Positions 15,695-30,200 of a stretch of 43,336 nt of DNA are shown one piece after another; position 1 is the first letter of the stretch; the number at the start of each line of letters is the position of its first letter. The stretch lies in the NCBI RefSeq assembly GCF_001186125.1, contig NW_014040302.1, positions 1-43,336 of the forward strand, written 5' to 3'. The stretch is from Sphaeroforma arctica JP610. Taxonomy: Eukaryota. Position numbers and translations under genes: made by a program. The notes beneath the pieces are model-generated. The model searched no databases, was not told where the DNA came from, and worked only from the letters and a program-made list of their open reading frames with translations.

Positions 15695-18600
15695 ATGTGG
15701 CGACGAGGGTTAAACGTGATCAACGTTCAAACGCTTCAATCCTCCACTAAGAGGGAATACAGTACTGTTGGCGGAGTAGCAGATAGTCAAGGGAGAAGGG
15801 CGAACAAAGGCCAGAACCTATTGATAACGCAACTCTTACAATTGTTTAAACAGGTATGGAATGCCGCTCCATGCACTTGACAAGATTTGTAAACGTATGT
15901 GTATATCGAGTGCTTCACCATCAGATTGCTGTCTTGATTGATATTCTAAGTATGTACCCAATAAATTTCTGTGCTCTGCGACATTTACAATTAACAACAC
16001 GAAGTTGATTTTGCGAATACTTTGATTTAGTAGTGCGACTTTCTGTAGTATTTGATATGCATAAATGGCGAGACCATCGTAGGAATATAGCTACCTATAT
16101 GCATGTTGGAGAAATTGATAATGTTTTCAATTTGTAGAGTTCTCGCTAATTTGTGGAGTATTATGTCTGAACCGATTCCCTATGTACTTCGTCTCGAAGT
16201 CCTATATTAGTATATAAAATTAACATTGATGGTTGACATCCGCCTCTCTTTTAAATTTTGCTTACAACGGATATAAGAACTCCGACACTCGACAGTACTT
16301 GAAGTACTACGGTAGCGCGGGGAAGGATCGATTCGCAATTATCAGAGTGAGCGGAGATGTGCTACACAACCGAGTATGTGCATACCTTCATACATAAAGT
16401 CCAACCGTTTGTTTTGACATCTCAGAATTCTGTACATGCCCTATCTAGGCAACATTCTTTGAGCAAGACATGGCTACATATAATTGTTCGTAAGTGCGAA
16501 GAAATCCTGTTTTGGATTGAAAATCATGTGCTGAAGACGCGCTCTCTATCAATTTTATACTGTTCTGTTTTGTGCTCACCTTAACATCACGAGTCTTGTG
16601 ATTTTAGTTGTAATGTAGTGTTCGACGCCTGCTCCTGTATATTATTTGCATACCTAATACAAAATATTTGTTCATATTGAGATATATTGTGTTGTGTTGT
16701 CATTACAGTTCATCGCTTCTATGGAAAATCTTCACTAGCGCGCCGCACCGTGTTCTTTTTTCTTTTTTCCATCTCAACGAGCTCTTCAAAGTGTTCTGTT
16801 ATTGCAACTATTACACCATCGGGTGATGTACAATCCTGTCATTCATAAATTTACTGGCCCTGTACGTTATGCATATACCTCATCATGTAACTCAAAGTAG
16901 AGCTTTGCACGTGTACTATGTTTTGTCATTCTCCCGCTTCTTTCGCTACTCAACATGGTTTGATGGTATGTGTAACGCGGATTGAATGCCACCCTTTTAG
17001 AGCCATACTACTTCTGCTAAGTCATAATAAACCGATCCCAATGTACAATGTTTGATGCTGCTTTCTCTTTCTTCAAATTTCAATATTAAAGTTTCAGATT
17101 TGTGACGCGTCTCGAGATCTTCTTTCGAATACAGAATCTTTCCGTTTGTGCTCCGGGAAAGATTAATGTCCCTATATCTGTTGTAGATCTTTATCGTTTG
17201 GCTGTATTGCGTATTCTTCTACTATTGAATCACAATGCCTTGTCGCCGCTATTGTGTCGTCGTGCCACCTAAACCTTGCTCACAATAAAGAGTGTACCTT
17301 GTACTGGTTGTTGTATCCCCTTCATCCCTTCCATCACCGCTTCATACTTTTTATGATTCACCCTTTTACACAGTCGCTTATTGCTTTCGATAAACGTTAT
17401 CTTCTTCAGGATCACCTTTACCAGACGGCGGCGTCCTTATCCTTTCTACACCGTGTTGGGCTTCGGCCCATAGTGGTACACGGTGCGGGCATATACTCTG
17501 GTCGCTGTAGCGATGCATTGTCAAAGATTGTCAATGCGGAGACTTCCATAGAGGAATCGGAACCTGGGCAAAGCGAGAGAGATATGTTACATGTCGATGA
17601 AAGCAAACAGTTGAAGGCTTCTGAGGCAGCTGTTGAGTATATGGAGAAGGCTAATGCTGCGCTCGTCGAAACGCTAAGTAAAGAATTCGATATCGGGGCT
17701 GTACCGCTAATAGACACTGTTTACAGGGCGAAGACTATGGATAATTATTCTGGTCCGAAAGTTTGGGAACGTCTGGCCGGGAGTATATTGAGTGTGAACA
17801 ATACGGTCATAGAATCAGCATTCCGACAGGTTGGTGAATTTCTTTTTGTCTATCGAGCGACTTCAATTTCCACTACGAACGAGATTGTGCTGTTCTTATC
17901 GTTTACTCGTTCTATTGTGCTCCCACAACTTCTATTGAATGATCGCGTAGCTCACATGAACACAGCAGAGCGATGGGCTAGTTGCGCCACTCGACACCAC
18001 AGCCGCATAGTATATATAGGGAACTGTCCATGTGAGTGCGTCTATATGGGCTCTTCTTAACACGGCCTTTATATACTGAACACCAATCTCCTGCAAGACT
18101 AGGGCCTGATTCCGATAGTTTCGAGTTTAGGGTGGGGAGTGGACTGTCATCGCCTTCTTTCGTTCAGTACTCAGGAAGCAACTAGTGCTCTTGCAAAGGC
18201 CTTTTCGCCTCTTAAGGTGTGTTGTGTTTTTACTGGAATGAGCTTGTATGTACCGGTCACACCAACACGATTCGGATTTTTTTAAATTTTGTTTACATGC
18301 AGTGCTAGTAGTGACACGTGCTTTCATGCTCCCTACTGAACATCCATCTGAATCCGCTCCTTCATGCAGTGCATTAGTATCAGCAATATAATTAGCACTA
18401 GGTTATAATTATACAAACACATGTCATGGGTCAATTGGGCCGTTGCAGGTCATTATGCTGCGACCAGAGGGATGTCTTAGAGATGAGGACGGGAATAGGT
18501 TCAAGTATATCAATCTTGCCCGTGATCTGCTTCCTTTGAGTAGAAACGAGCCCACAGAGAACGGTATGTAAGTTTAGTTTTCTTGATCAGACGCGGATAA

Positions 18601-19885
18601 TGTCGGTATGCCTATTCGCTTTTACAATAGGATCAATTAGTCTTGCCGTAGAAAGGGAGCTACTGTATCATCAACTTATAAATACTGAACCGTCAGTAAT
18701 ATCAGGTGTTCGACTTCTGGAAGGAGACCGTAATGACTTCAATGATGCAGCGAATACGTTCAGTTCCCTCGATGTCGGCGCTACGCTGGCTATCACAACA
18801 CCAGCACTTCTCTCGCAAGAGCTGTTCACGCATCAAGGCGCAGGCACTCTGATAGTCCGCGGTGACAAGGTAAGTCTATATTCTGTATTCAAAATACTTC
18901 AGATTTATCGCTGCGATATATTTTCTGACCAGTCGTGATTATATACATACATGTCGGTAAGATATACACGCATATCTACATAAAAGCACAATGTGGGGCC
19001 TAATACCTTCAAACAATCTGACCACTACACGAATACTGAAAATCAACTGCACCAAAAGATCACCAGGATCACTGATCTCAACAGCCCGCTGGTTGATCTG
19101 CCCGCTGTGAAGGCAGTCTTGGAAGGCTCCTTTCGTTCACCAATCCCCGATTCATACTTCGAATCCATTCAAGACAGGTAAGAAGGCTGTCTTAAACTCT
19201 GCATATCATTCGTAACGTATTTTTTTATATCATCGTCTCCGTGTTCTGGGATGTATTACCGGTGGACTGGTTTTTAAATTCGACTCCGGATACTCCTTCG
19301 AAATTGCAGTTTTCGATCTCTCTACGTCACCGAGAGTGGACGCGGGATAGCAATTGTATTGACGATTGGAGGAATCCCATATCTTGACAAAATTGCTGTG
19401 CAACAAGGAAGCCAAGGTGATCAACTGGGAGAGCAAATTTGGCAGGTGTGTGCAGGACTCTTCGAAACATTGTTGATACATATCCTTGGAAATTTTTATT
19501 TGGAACCTTGACCTAAAACAAATTAAGTATGTTCTTACATTCGGTGACTGTGTTGGATACACATCAGGCACTCACAAAGGGTGAGCCGTCATTGTTCTGG
19601 AGATCGAGGTCTAGTAATTCTGCGAATAATTGGTACTATGACCGGGCCCACGGTGCTATCAAGGATCAGAAATCGCCCTGGACTGTGTTCTGGTACAACG
19701 TTGACACTGACAAAATCATGGAGTGCGTGAAAAAAGCGATTGGGTAAGTATCAACGGGATTGTAACCTTACTGCCTGTAGTACATTTGTCCGACATTTTT
19801 TTTGACAGTTTAAATTGAATGAAAAATTATTTATTTTGGTCATCTCTTCAACTCTAACAGGTTGAAGCCAACATTCAGTGTCTAG
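15695..19885 (+). CDS. NAGS: N-acetylglutamate synthase-type protein (amino-acid-kinase domain + NAT/DUF619 domain), probably mitochondrial
   Basis: Exons 15695-15853, ~16278/16296-16373, 17410-17829, 18103-18216, 18449-18563, 18706-18869, 19059-19177, 19310-19445, 19568-19743 and 19861-19885. Motifs: RFAIIRVSGDVL, LSFLHRVGLRPIVVHGAG, ELFTHQGAGTL (Arg-binding signature), PYLDKIAV, LFWRSR, NNWYYDRAHG, WTVFWY. The Arg-rich, acid-poor N-terminus suggests a presequence. There is no ArgC reductase domain. NAGS versus NAGK assignment is inference. Confidence 0.8.
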
Positions 19886-20316
19886 TAATCTAGTCTAAAT
19901 GCCCTTCGAGATGCTTCTGGACCTAATTGCGATGTATTTGCGATGTCCGCTACTACGTGCTCCGCGGCGCTCAACGTGCTCCACGTAGTGCTCCACAGGC
20001 CTATATACCATAGGACAACCTCGGAAGCGAAACCTACTTCGCATTCTACTTCATGGTGACTTGTTTAGCACATATCATCATAAATCACGAAGAAGTGATT
20101 CTTATTGCTCTACATATGAGGGAAAATTCTGCCAATTGTGATGAATCTGGATTCACGTGCGTGGTTAAAATTCATGACGACCAACTCCCGGGTAGATGGA
20201 AATGGAGGTGAATCTCTTCACGTCCACCGTATAGAATGCATAACTTCCATACATCGCCCGAGACGCATTTTGGGCAAGTACTGTGGTATTCGAATGTATG
20301 TACTTGAAGTCGGATT

Positions 20317-23312
20317 TTAGAATTCGTCTTCAGACAATTGGCGCAGCACTGGCCCCGCATTCTTCGACCCAAACAGACGTACTACCCAAAACTCTACCAA
20401 GTGGCTGGCTACAATTTCCACCACTCCGGAAGAATAAGAAGTATCTTTATCGGCCTGCATAGTTATATCATATGGAATATGGGGAGCCGGATATAAAGTT
20501 GAAATGATATGCTAAGTGGTCTATCTCGATATGCACTTCGGGAAAATGTTAATCAACGTATGAGCGCATCAGCATGGTAGGAACAAACCAAGAGTAACTT
20601 GTAAATACCCTTACTCACCTGTTTATCGGGTCCTCGAATTTTATCGAAGATAGTATATAGCGGTGCCAATTCCAGATTCCACGCATCGTTGCACTCCTGA
20701 CTCAGCACTCTTTTATTTAATTCGATTCCAGCAAATACTGGCTCCTTTTGCGACCTTTGACAGAAACTTTCAGACTTCGTGGCAGCTGCTGAGATGTCTA
20801 GCGGTGAGTAGCGACTGTGGTATAACTGCTGTACAAAGTCCTTGCGAAGTCCTGCATATTAAATATCGAGATGATGGTCAAATCGGTGGTCAGTCACGAA
20901 GGTCATGTTTTGGTTTAAGGAGATGTGTAATAAACATCTTTCCCTGTAGAAATGGACCAGGTTCAGAAAATGGCACTTTCAATGTGTGCACCATACCCAA
21001 GCCTGCTATTAGCTGTGCTACAAAGTCTACGACCAATTCTTTCTTTCTTTTGACATTCTTATGTGTCCGGACGGCGGCCAGCTTATCAATCTTGTGGTTG
21101 AATATACTCGCAGCGTAGAATTTCAGGATCGATTCTGAAAAGCAGTTCACAGACACCGAAGTTGTCAAGGCTTCGACGTGATGAAACCAGAAGGATGGTA
21201 TGTACACCGCATCACCTACAGAATTATATTGTGAGCGTGAAAATGTAAATATTCAAGTCCTATTTTGTCTTGAGATATAGCAGATACCTTAATGATATTC
21301 AGTTGTTTCTGATTGAGAGATTATAGATGAAAGACTGCGTGCACTTCACTAAACTAGGAGGACGGCGAGGCGAATAGGCGTAGTACAATTTTCCGCGTTG
21401 GACCATACGATATCAAGAATCCACTGGTATCCAAGTTTTACCTGGATTTAAAATGACGGTTTGCCATTTCTCTGCACTCGCAAAACCGGGAAATTGCAAG
21501 AGGTTGGGTTGATCAAAGTCCACCTGTGACAAAAGTATAGTATATGAATAACGTCAGTGTGAGCTACATTTTGTACTACATTGTGTACGCACACATCCGA
21601 AAAATCGCTATTAATGTGTGGGCATCTAACGATAACATTTATAAAGGATCTTGAAACTTTCTATAGAATTACCAATGTACCGCTCCCTTGTCGATGTAGG
21701 CAATTTCCTGTATCTGATCAATACCCAAATATATTTTTAACACCAGGGCGTTATATATGCGCAGATATACCTTTATTGACACATACATAGGGATAAAGAA
21801 TTGGATTATTGGTCTTCTGAAAGAAACATACAATTGTGGAATTATTGTATCCATACAACAACATCAAGGGTGCACGCGTACAAACTCGGAGTCGTCTATT
21901 CGAAATATGGAAGTGTCCCAATCAACAATTGCTACACATGCTTGAATTCGTACACTTTTCAAACGCATACCTGGGACTTTCGCGACCGCGGATGTGCATC
22001 TGGAAATACATATAAATTGGGAGCCTGCAAACGAGAGTACAAGCCAGTAAATCGAAGTTACCGATCAGGAATACTGAAAACCGCATTTATTTTCGACATT
22101 CGCTATACTATAATCAATAAAAGTATTGTACTCGCAATGTACGTCATTACTTTACCTGATTCGGGTGATAAAACGTTATTTCTTTTTGTCCATGCAACTG
22201 AACGAATATATTATTGGCCACATCGTAGTGGGCCTGTGTCACCACCCCTGGTTCGCCTATCCAGCAAGACATAGTAGGCGCACTCAGTGTCTCGCCCAGC
22301 GTACTGTCCGGTGGTATATCGCTCACTATCAGATTTTCCCATCCTGGCAGCTAATGAGCATAATGATATAGTAAGTTCCTACTATCCTATAGTTTGTGTA
22401 ATGCAAATAGTTGAAAATTGCAAGCAAGTAGAAATCAGCTAAAACATTGGGCAACAACTAACAAATACACGCATATATTAAAAAAAGTAGATACATGAGA
22501 ACCGACTTTACTTTACTTTATCCAGGCTGCCTATATCTGCGACGGGCGCTGTAAAATACAGTGAGTCAGACCGGTCTGTCATCGGCGAGCTATTGGAAAG
22601 TATGGGATGTTTATATCTTAATAAATTACTACATATATCTAGACTTGGCTATGGATCACTGCTTTAATAGTAATACCATTGTCCAGTGCATTTACGATTA
22701 TTGGTCTTGACTCGATAGTATGCTCACTGAACACTATCATCACCACATACAAAAGGATCCTTGATCTCAAGTACTCGATTCTATATCGAAGCTGCACTAA
22801 CAGGCTTCGAATCGCATATAAAGACGTGAGAAATAATTGGTCCTGTGGACCACAATTGATCTAAAGCAAACTCAATTGAGTGGTCAACGATATAGATCTT
22901 TGCTTTGTTGCTTTACTCACTTCTGACATATCCGTTGAACAAAGTTGCTTGTTTCCACTGATTTAATCTCAAACTCCTGGGTGTCGTTGAGTAGAGGTCG
23001 GGTACCTGCTTCTGTATACATAAAAGTCCGGCAGCTGCTAGATGTTTTGACGGTCAAATGATCCGTTTTTCTCAGTAGCCTCTGACCTAAAACCCCTAGC
23101 TCCCACTCGCCACTGTCGCACCAGGTCTTAGCCTCGTTCAATTGGAGGCGTAGAGGGTATATTGGTAATGGTGATTGTAACGTACTCACCTTCCGTTGTC
23201 TTACTTTCGTGTGTATAGCATGCAAGTTTCTACTTAATTTTGTGCATACATTGTAAACCGTACTGGCACGCTGTGCGCACTGCGTGCATGGCCGTCCGAT
23301 ATAATTAGACAT
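20317..23312 (-). CDS. JmjC (cupin_8) Fe(II)/2-oxoglutarate oxygenase, FIH/JMJD5-like group
   Basis: Exons ~23312-22921 (5' end uncertain), 22616-22517, 22350-22156, 22024-21971, 21523-21442, 21215-20997, 20851-20619 and 20454-20317 join in frame. Motifs: CWIGEPGVVTQAHYDVANNIFVQLHGQK, VDFDQPNLLQFP, LNPGDAVYIPSFWFHHVEA. The HxD...H metal triad is intact. Confidence 0.88.
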
Positions 23313-24073
23313 GTCTTACGAGTGTCTGGACTCCTTGCAATTATATGTATCTACATATGTCCTATGTATATATTTATATACACGTACGTGAACGTGTATG
23401 GGTAAACGTTTTGACGTCAAGATGACTGGTATATTTTCTGTGCTGGTATGTAGTTCATAATTTCATGCAATCAGATGAGCATCGAGTACACTAGTTCATC
23501 ACCTCCCCTTACTTCTCTCTCTCTCTCTACTCTACTAGTAGAAATAATATTTTAATATGTATCTTTCTCTATTGTGATCGTAGCGAATGTAAAATATATA
23601 TTTTGTTACAATATTTAATATAGAATAAACACGCGAGATGTATTTATAGTATTAAAATTAACCCCAGAAAATAGTAAATATAACAAACAAGAGACCTCAT
23701 ATGATATCACCTAATAATATATCGAACAGATGTGCGATGATGTATAGGAGTCTAGGACGATGTTCATGAGGGTCATCATCGTGGATGTTGTCGATTCTCG
23801 AACTTCGCAGGTCACACGATTGGACCCGCCAAAATCAGGTACCGAACCTTTAATTATATTCCTTCCTAATTTGGTGGTAGTAATCGCAAATGGATATGAG
23901 TTAATGAGTACATATATGAAATCACAATAATTTTTAATTTTTATGAGGCTCTGTTGCGTGTGGACTGTGGAGACTAGAGTGATTAGTTATATAGTGAACG
24001 AATACACAAAACTGGTTAGAAGAACGCACACACACCCGAAAGTGGTTAGTTAGAGTACAACTAGTTCGCAAAC

Positions 24074-27000
24074 ATGAACGTTCTCCGCATGCAAAGGCTA
24101 TTCAAGGTAAGCACGACAACACATGCACGTGCACTGTGTGTCTGCACAAGTGTATTTCTCTACAGCCGAGTGTTGTACCGGGCAGATTAGTTCGTTTCAA
24201 AATTTGCGGCAGTTATAGCTATGGGTATTATTATGGGAGTGATCAGTGGAGTATATATATATATCAGTTTGCCCGAGACGTACGCATGCATATACGTGTA
24301 TGCTTGTCTCTAACCTTGAAAGTGTGGTAGTGACGTGTCGACGCGTATCGTTCGGAAGCGATGGGCGCACACTAACCGACAATATATTACGTTGTTCATC
24401 GCCGTGTATTTTACGTCACAGAGCTCGGTTTTAATTCGAGTTCAATACTCCATATACTCCATACTTTATATATCGTACACTCTATGCGCAGCCGGTTCAG
24501 GCACACACGCGCATGTATGCGAGCGAAGCATTTGCACAGGTCACTGTAAGAGATGCGCTGCGTGACGCTATGGCCGAAGAGATGCGAAGGGACCCCGATG
24601 TCTTCCTGTTGGGTGAGGAAGTTGGACAGTATAACGGAGCGTACAAGGTATGATCGTTCTTTGCTTGTTGTGTATTGCACGTGTCCTTTTTTATCTGTTC
24701 ATGTTCTATAACAGTATTAATTTTGTGTATGTAGGACCTTACAATGAAGTGTGCTGCAGTGGCTGTGTGTCTGTGATTCTTTTTCAATAGGTTGCTATTA
24801 GAGGCTTATATCACTTTCTGTGGATTAAATGGGAAATGGCATATATAGATAGATAGATAAAGATGTACAATATATCTTGCCGTTTTTGGATTGATTGTTG
24901 CACTATCTTGTTTATACATGAATCATAAGGCCACAATTTAAACCAGATTACCACGCATGGTGACACAAAATTATATGCTTACAAGGAAACATTGCCTGTG
25001 TCTATGATATTCTACTTGCGAGTAAGAAAGTGTCATATAGTTCTGAAGAGTACATCCTATGAAATTCTCTTATATCAATTCATTTGCGCTGACTAGGAGT
25101 TATGCTTATAGTATTCGAATGCTTTCCTGCTGATGGTATCGTATTCTGTTTAAATGGTGTCTTAATCGTTACCCTTGTATTCGAGCGCTCAGAACGTGTA
25201 ATTTTATAAGCACATCATACACGATGCAACGGCTGAGTCAGATCAATTCTTTCACTGTCATAGGTCACCCGAAACCTGCTGGACGAGTTTGGCCCCAAGC
25301 GTGTGATCGACACCCCAATTACTGAGATGGGTTTTACAGGAATCGCAGTGGGTGCCGCTATGGAAGGTCTTAAGCCTATTTGCGAATTCATGACGTTCAA
25401 CTTTGCGATGCAGTCGATCGATCATGTAAGTTTTATAAATACGAACGTAGGCAACTTGTCTTGATGTGGAATATTGGTAGTTAATACAATTTTTATGTGA
25501 TATGTATGTGTTGGTGGTGTGTATACAGGATTAGATTTTTTTCATAACAAGAGAACAATCGTTACGGAATATGTGGAGCAAGATCTATAGTGAGAAGATT
25601 ATTAAATCATTGTATCTGTGCATTGCTTTATTTGTGGTCTGTCGTTTGTACCTTTCCGTATTGGCGATAAGAGGATCTATTAGCGCTTACATTTAAATTA
25701 ACAAAAACCAGAGAGTCCTGTTCCAGAGTGCTTCTATATATTCTGGCCCGACATATCGAGTCACTAGTATAGAGAAATTTAACCCTCGATCGGGAATCAT
25801 TCATCTTTCTGTCAGTATTGCTGTCACCCGCATCATTATATCTGTGCTCCGTGTTGCCTTAGACTCTCTCGCCTCGAGGACGCTAGTGAAAATATGTCGC
25901 AGTGATACGCACATACAGTTCTGGAGTGATAGTATCAGTTTGATCTGTACCTTGTTCCTTCGAGTTTCATGGATATGCCTGTCCTCTCGACTTCTAACTG
26001 CGACTCTCGTCACTGTTTACACCATTGTAATCGCTGCGAACTCTCCCGTATCTGTAAACCCTATCTAATCAATGACTGCGAACACATTTGAATTATCGCA
26101 GATTGTTAATTCGGCTGCCAAGGGTCACTACATGTCTGGTGGACGTCTAAGGTGTCCCATTGTATTCCGAGGCGCAAACGGACAGGCCTCCGGTGTAGGT
26201 GCACAGCACTCCCAATGCTATGCCGCCTGGTTTGGTCATATCCCTGGGCTGAAGGTTGTGTCACCATACGACGCAGAGGATTGCAGAGGACTATTGAAGT
26301 CAGCCATACGGGACCCTGATCCCGTCGTATTCTTAGAGAATGAGCTGATATATGGAGAGAGTTTCCCAGTATCGAAAGAGTACGCCAATGAGGACTTCAC
26401 TCTTCCCATTGGAAAGGCGCATATCGCTAAAGAAGGTATTGTGTTCGAGAGAGAAACGTATAGAATAGTATTGACATGAATTTATACACGTTTCACAAAT
26501 GCCAGGAGTTGACTTTACCACTGTAACCCAGGGCTGACCAGTACTATCCATTTCATGGTTAGGAGTACTTTTGATTTCTCAGTCTCGGGTACTGACGAAA
26601 CCTTTGTATCATCGCAATTCCACGACTAAAGTATTCAATCTCTTCCACCCTTAGGTTCTGACTGCACTATCGTAGCCCACTCACTTCCTGTTGGCCAAGC
26701 ACTAGAAGCGGCCGCTGAGCTAGAGAAGGAAGGTATCTCATGCGAGGTTATCAATCTGCGCTCTATCCGTCCTCTGGATATGGAAACAGTTATTAATTCC
26801 GTGAAGAAGACGCACCGAATCGTGACCGTTGAGAGCGGTTGGGCACATTTCGGAGTTGGTGCTGAGATCGCCGCTGGTTTGATGGAATGTATGTATCCAT
26901 ACCAGGCAGAAGTACAATGTTAGTTGATGTTCAATATCTCTTCTTTTTTTTCTTTGTAAGGTTTGATTTGTAGCACGAGTTCGCACAATATATTTATTGT

Positions 27001-27241
27001 ATCCAAGTATCGCGCGTGGTATATCGCATGAATATGACTTTTCTAGTTGTTCCGTCTTGCTAAAATTTCCGAATATTCTTTTCCTGCAGCTGAAGCGTTC
27101 GATTATCTAGATGCGCCAGTATCGCGTGTGGCATCCGTGGATGTGCCCCTCCCATACACAAAGACCTTGGAAGCGAAATGCCAACCTCAGGTGTACGGCA
27201 TTGTTAACGCTGTCAAGGGAGTCTTATACAGAAACGATTAG
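24074..27241 (+). CDS. PDHB: Pyruvate dehydrogenase E1 beta subunit, mitochondrial
   Basis: Exons 24074-24106, possible micro-exon 24166-24189, 24492-24647, 25264-25425, 26102-26435, 26655-26888 and 27090-27241. Motifs: [91 protein letters not shown]. Confidence 0.97.
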
Positions 27242-30200
27242 CTCATACAAAAATGTACTTTAATAGCAAAATTATAAATTTGACCGTGGTGTAGGTGTAT
27301 AAGACGTGCACTGCAAAACACGAACACGGGTATCGGTATCGACTTGATTGTTATCGTAACAGCTTGCTATGCTTATATCTAGGATTTTTATTTAGAAGTG
27401 TGTGCACGCATAGAAACACACAATGTCGCACTGTTTTACATTCTTCGTGAGAATCTTGATCGGTCGTTTTCATGGCTTGGGCTTTTCTATGTACGGATAT
27501 GTACTGTACAATGTGTGCCAGCTCGCTTCAAACATATGAGTTGTACTTGGAGTAAGTTGATGTGGGGAACCAGCATATTCTGTGATGATCAAGAAAAAGT
27601 GCAATGGCATTTTGAACTGAATTTCCAGCTACATACCAGATACAAGTACTTTTGTATAATTATGTGGACGATTGATTTATTGTATTGCGCTATTTCCGTG
27701 TAGACTGCCAAACTTTGTGAGTACGGATATAAGCGTAAACTTTCTTGAAAAAATTATCCGCACACTTGATTGAAAGTAGCAATAATCGTAGCACAAGCTT
27801 GATTGCCAATATTGTACGTATGCTAGATATTAATACTACTTTTGCTCTAATTTGTGCTACGATTTTATATTTGAGTATCTTTGAAGTACATAGCAAGGCA
27901 AAAAAATATTATTATTCCTTATAACTAGATCGATATGTCTGTTTGGTGCTACTTTTACTGCAAAAAGAGTGGGTTACCATCTAGCCTCTACCTATATGCA
28001 GTCGTGTACTTGCGAAGAGTATTTATACCAATGGAATGACTTTTTGTTTTTCGCGCACAGGTAAACATAGAGCTGTACCTAATATTCATATGTCTGTGTC
28101 AAAGTATTGATTAGTTGTGCAACACTATGCTGCAAAAATAACCCTCTTGCACTTGGTCGAGTTGACATGCAGACACATAATGCACGTATAGGTGTATATA
28201 CTTTTAAATGAAACCGGATAAGTAAATAATGCATACATACTTGTCAATATATTTAAGGGAAGCGCTACAATAATGAGTCATGCAATATATGCATAGTGTA
28301 CAAAAACATGTATATTCAACCACTTCTATGTAATTGTTGAGAGGGGGGAAGTTTGTGCGCGTACCTCTGGATGCGTACATAAATTTTCAGCGTCACTTGT
28401 ATTTGTGCTTTCATATTAAAGTATACAAGTGTATTCTCGTACTTGTATGTACCGTGTGGCTTCATATGCCCAGGTGACTGCATATGTATTTGTAAGTATT
28501 GATGTTCCGTACTTGACTTCATAATTGTACTCTTAACTGTACCTGTACTTGCGCGTATACATTTACTTGTACATCTGCCTGCAATGTGTAATTGCTGTAC
28601 TTATGACTTGCAATTGACCTCATGTCTCAAGTTACTTTTATTTTGAATTTATCTTCACTTGTCCAGTGCAGTTACCTCCACATGAATTCTGTTGCTTAAG
28701 ACAAAATCCGTGCACATGTGCATTAACACAATACTGATGTACATGCTCGCATACATGTATATTGGTTGTGCATATGTATATGTGAAGAGAAACATCAAAA
28801 CAAGAATGAACATGAGCATCGAGTACTGTATATTCTGATATGGGCACATACTTGAAACTTGCAACGTTTTTTATTATTAGGCTTTACATCAATGGATATA
28901 TGTGTGTGTGTGTGTGCTTGGTATATACCTCTTTCACGCCAGTATCGTCGGTGAAACGTACGATATGTAAAAAGAAATCCGGTCCAGTTTGTTTCGATTC
29001 CTTGATTATATATACTATTGGTCGTACTGATTAAGAGTCTATGGAAACAATGACATGTGATATACTGTGCTAGGTTTATATGATCAATTTATATACGAAA
29101 AAAATACATATTCCTGATAACATAAGCTACCTCGCTTTACATGTGATAGCTTGCCAAAGCTGCCCACGATTGCGATTTTGAGTTTCATTGCGGAATCAAT
29201 GGCATGTGCACATGTAATCGCGAATTGCCGCGATTTAACTTTTTTGGTGTCCTTGGTATACCTTCTTAAATTGCGGACGGTGTGACTGTTTTTGTGAGAC
29301 CGATTATATGCCGCTATACTGCAATACTTCAATTTGATAAATATGGTAGAATGCTTTCAATATTTTTACCTTCGAATTATAGCAACTACTGTTAATGTAG
29401 TTAGGGTATACCATGTTCCTAGTTACGCAAGTTTTGGTGAGACAATATATTTTTTGACAATCTGAATTGCACCACCACCCATACTATCTATCTTAATACA
29501 AGGTATCGGTATAACGAAAGGAAGAGGAGCGGCTAATGTTATTCCAAAGTTTTTCATACACTATATTGTGATTGCGGTTCGAAAACGTCATTTGCCAGGC
29601 TGGATGGGTGTTTATGTTTTAATGACCAGCAGGACGCCAATTCGGATATAGGGCGAGCAAAGAATAGGTAGCAAAATATTGTATTATTTTGTGAGTTGTG
29701 AAAGCCATCCGTTCTTGTCATGGAAGCTCAAAATTTGTATAACGTTATGATTGCTTCACGGTCAATTTTGATAGCCTCCATGTTGTGCTGAAATGTATTT
29801 CAATACTTCGCCACTTTCAGCTTGTGTTCTGCCGGAAAAAAACTTGAATAATTGACATGTCATACCTATAGTGTCGGCTACATATACCACCTAACTTGAG
29901 ATTTTATTTATCTTTTGAATGGTATTCAACGTTTAGATCTCAAAAAGTAGTCACAGTACATACAGCCATCGAAATCATTGGCCGATGCATGATACGACAG
30001 TTTCAATCAACCTAATACAAAAAAGGATAAGTTGAATATGTGTGCCTGGTCTAGTGGACAGGACTATTTATAACTAGCAACTTAACTCAGACAGACATGA
30101 TCGCGCATCACTATATCACTTAACTACCGCCCAAAGCCGTTAGCTGTTAATATCTTTAATCTCGTAGCCTCCCTCTGTTTGATTGAAACAGCGATTCTAT

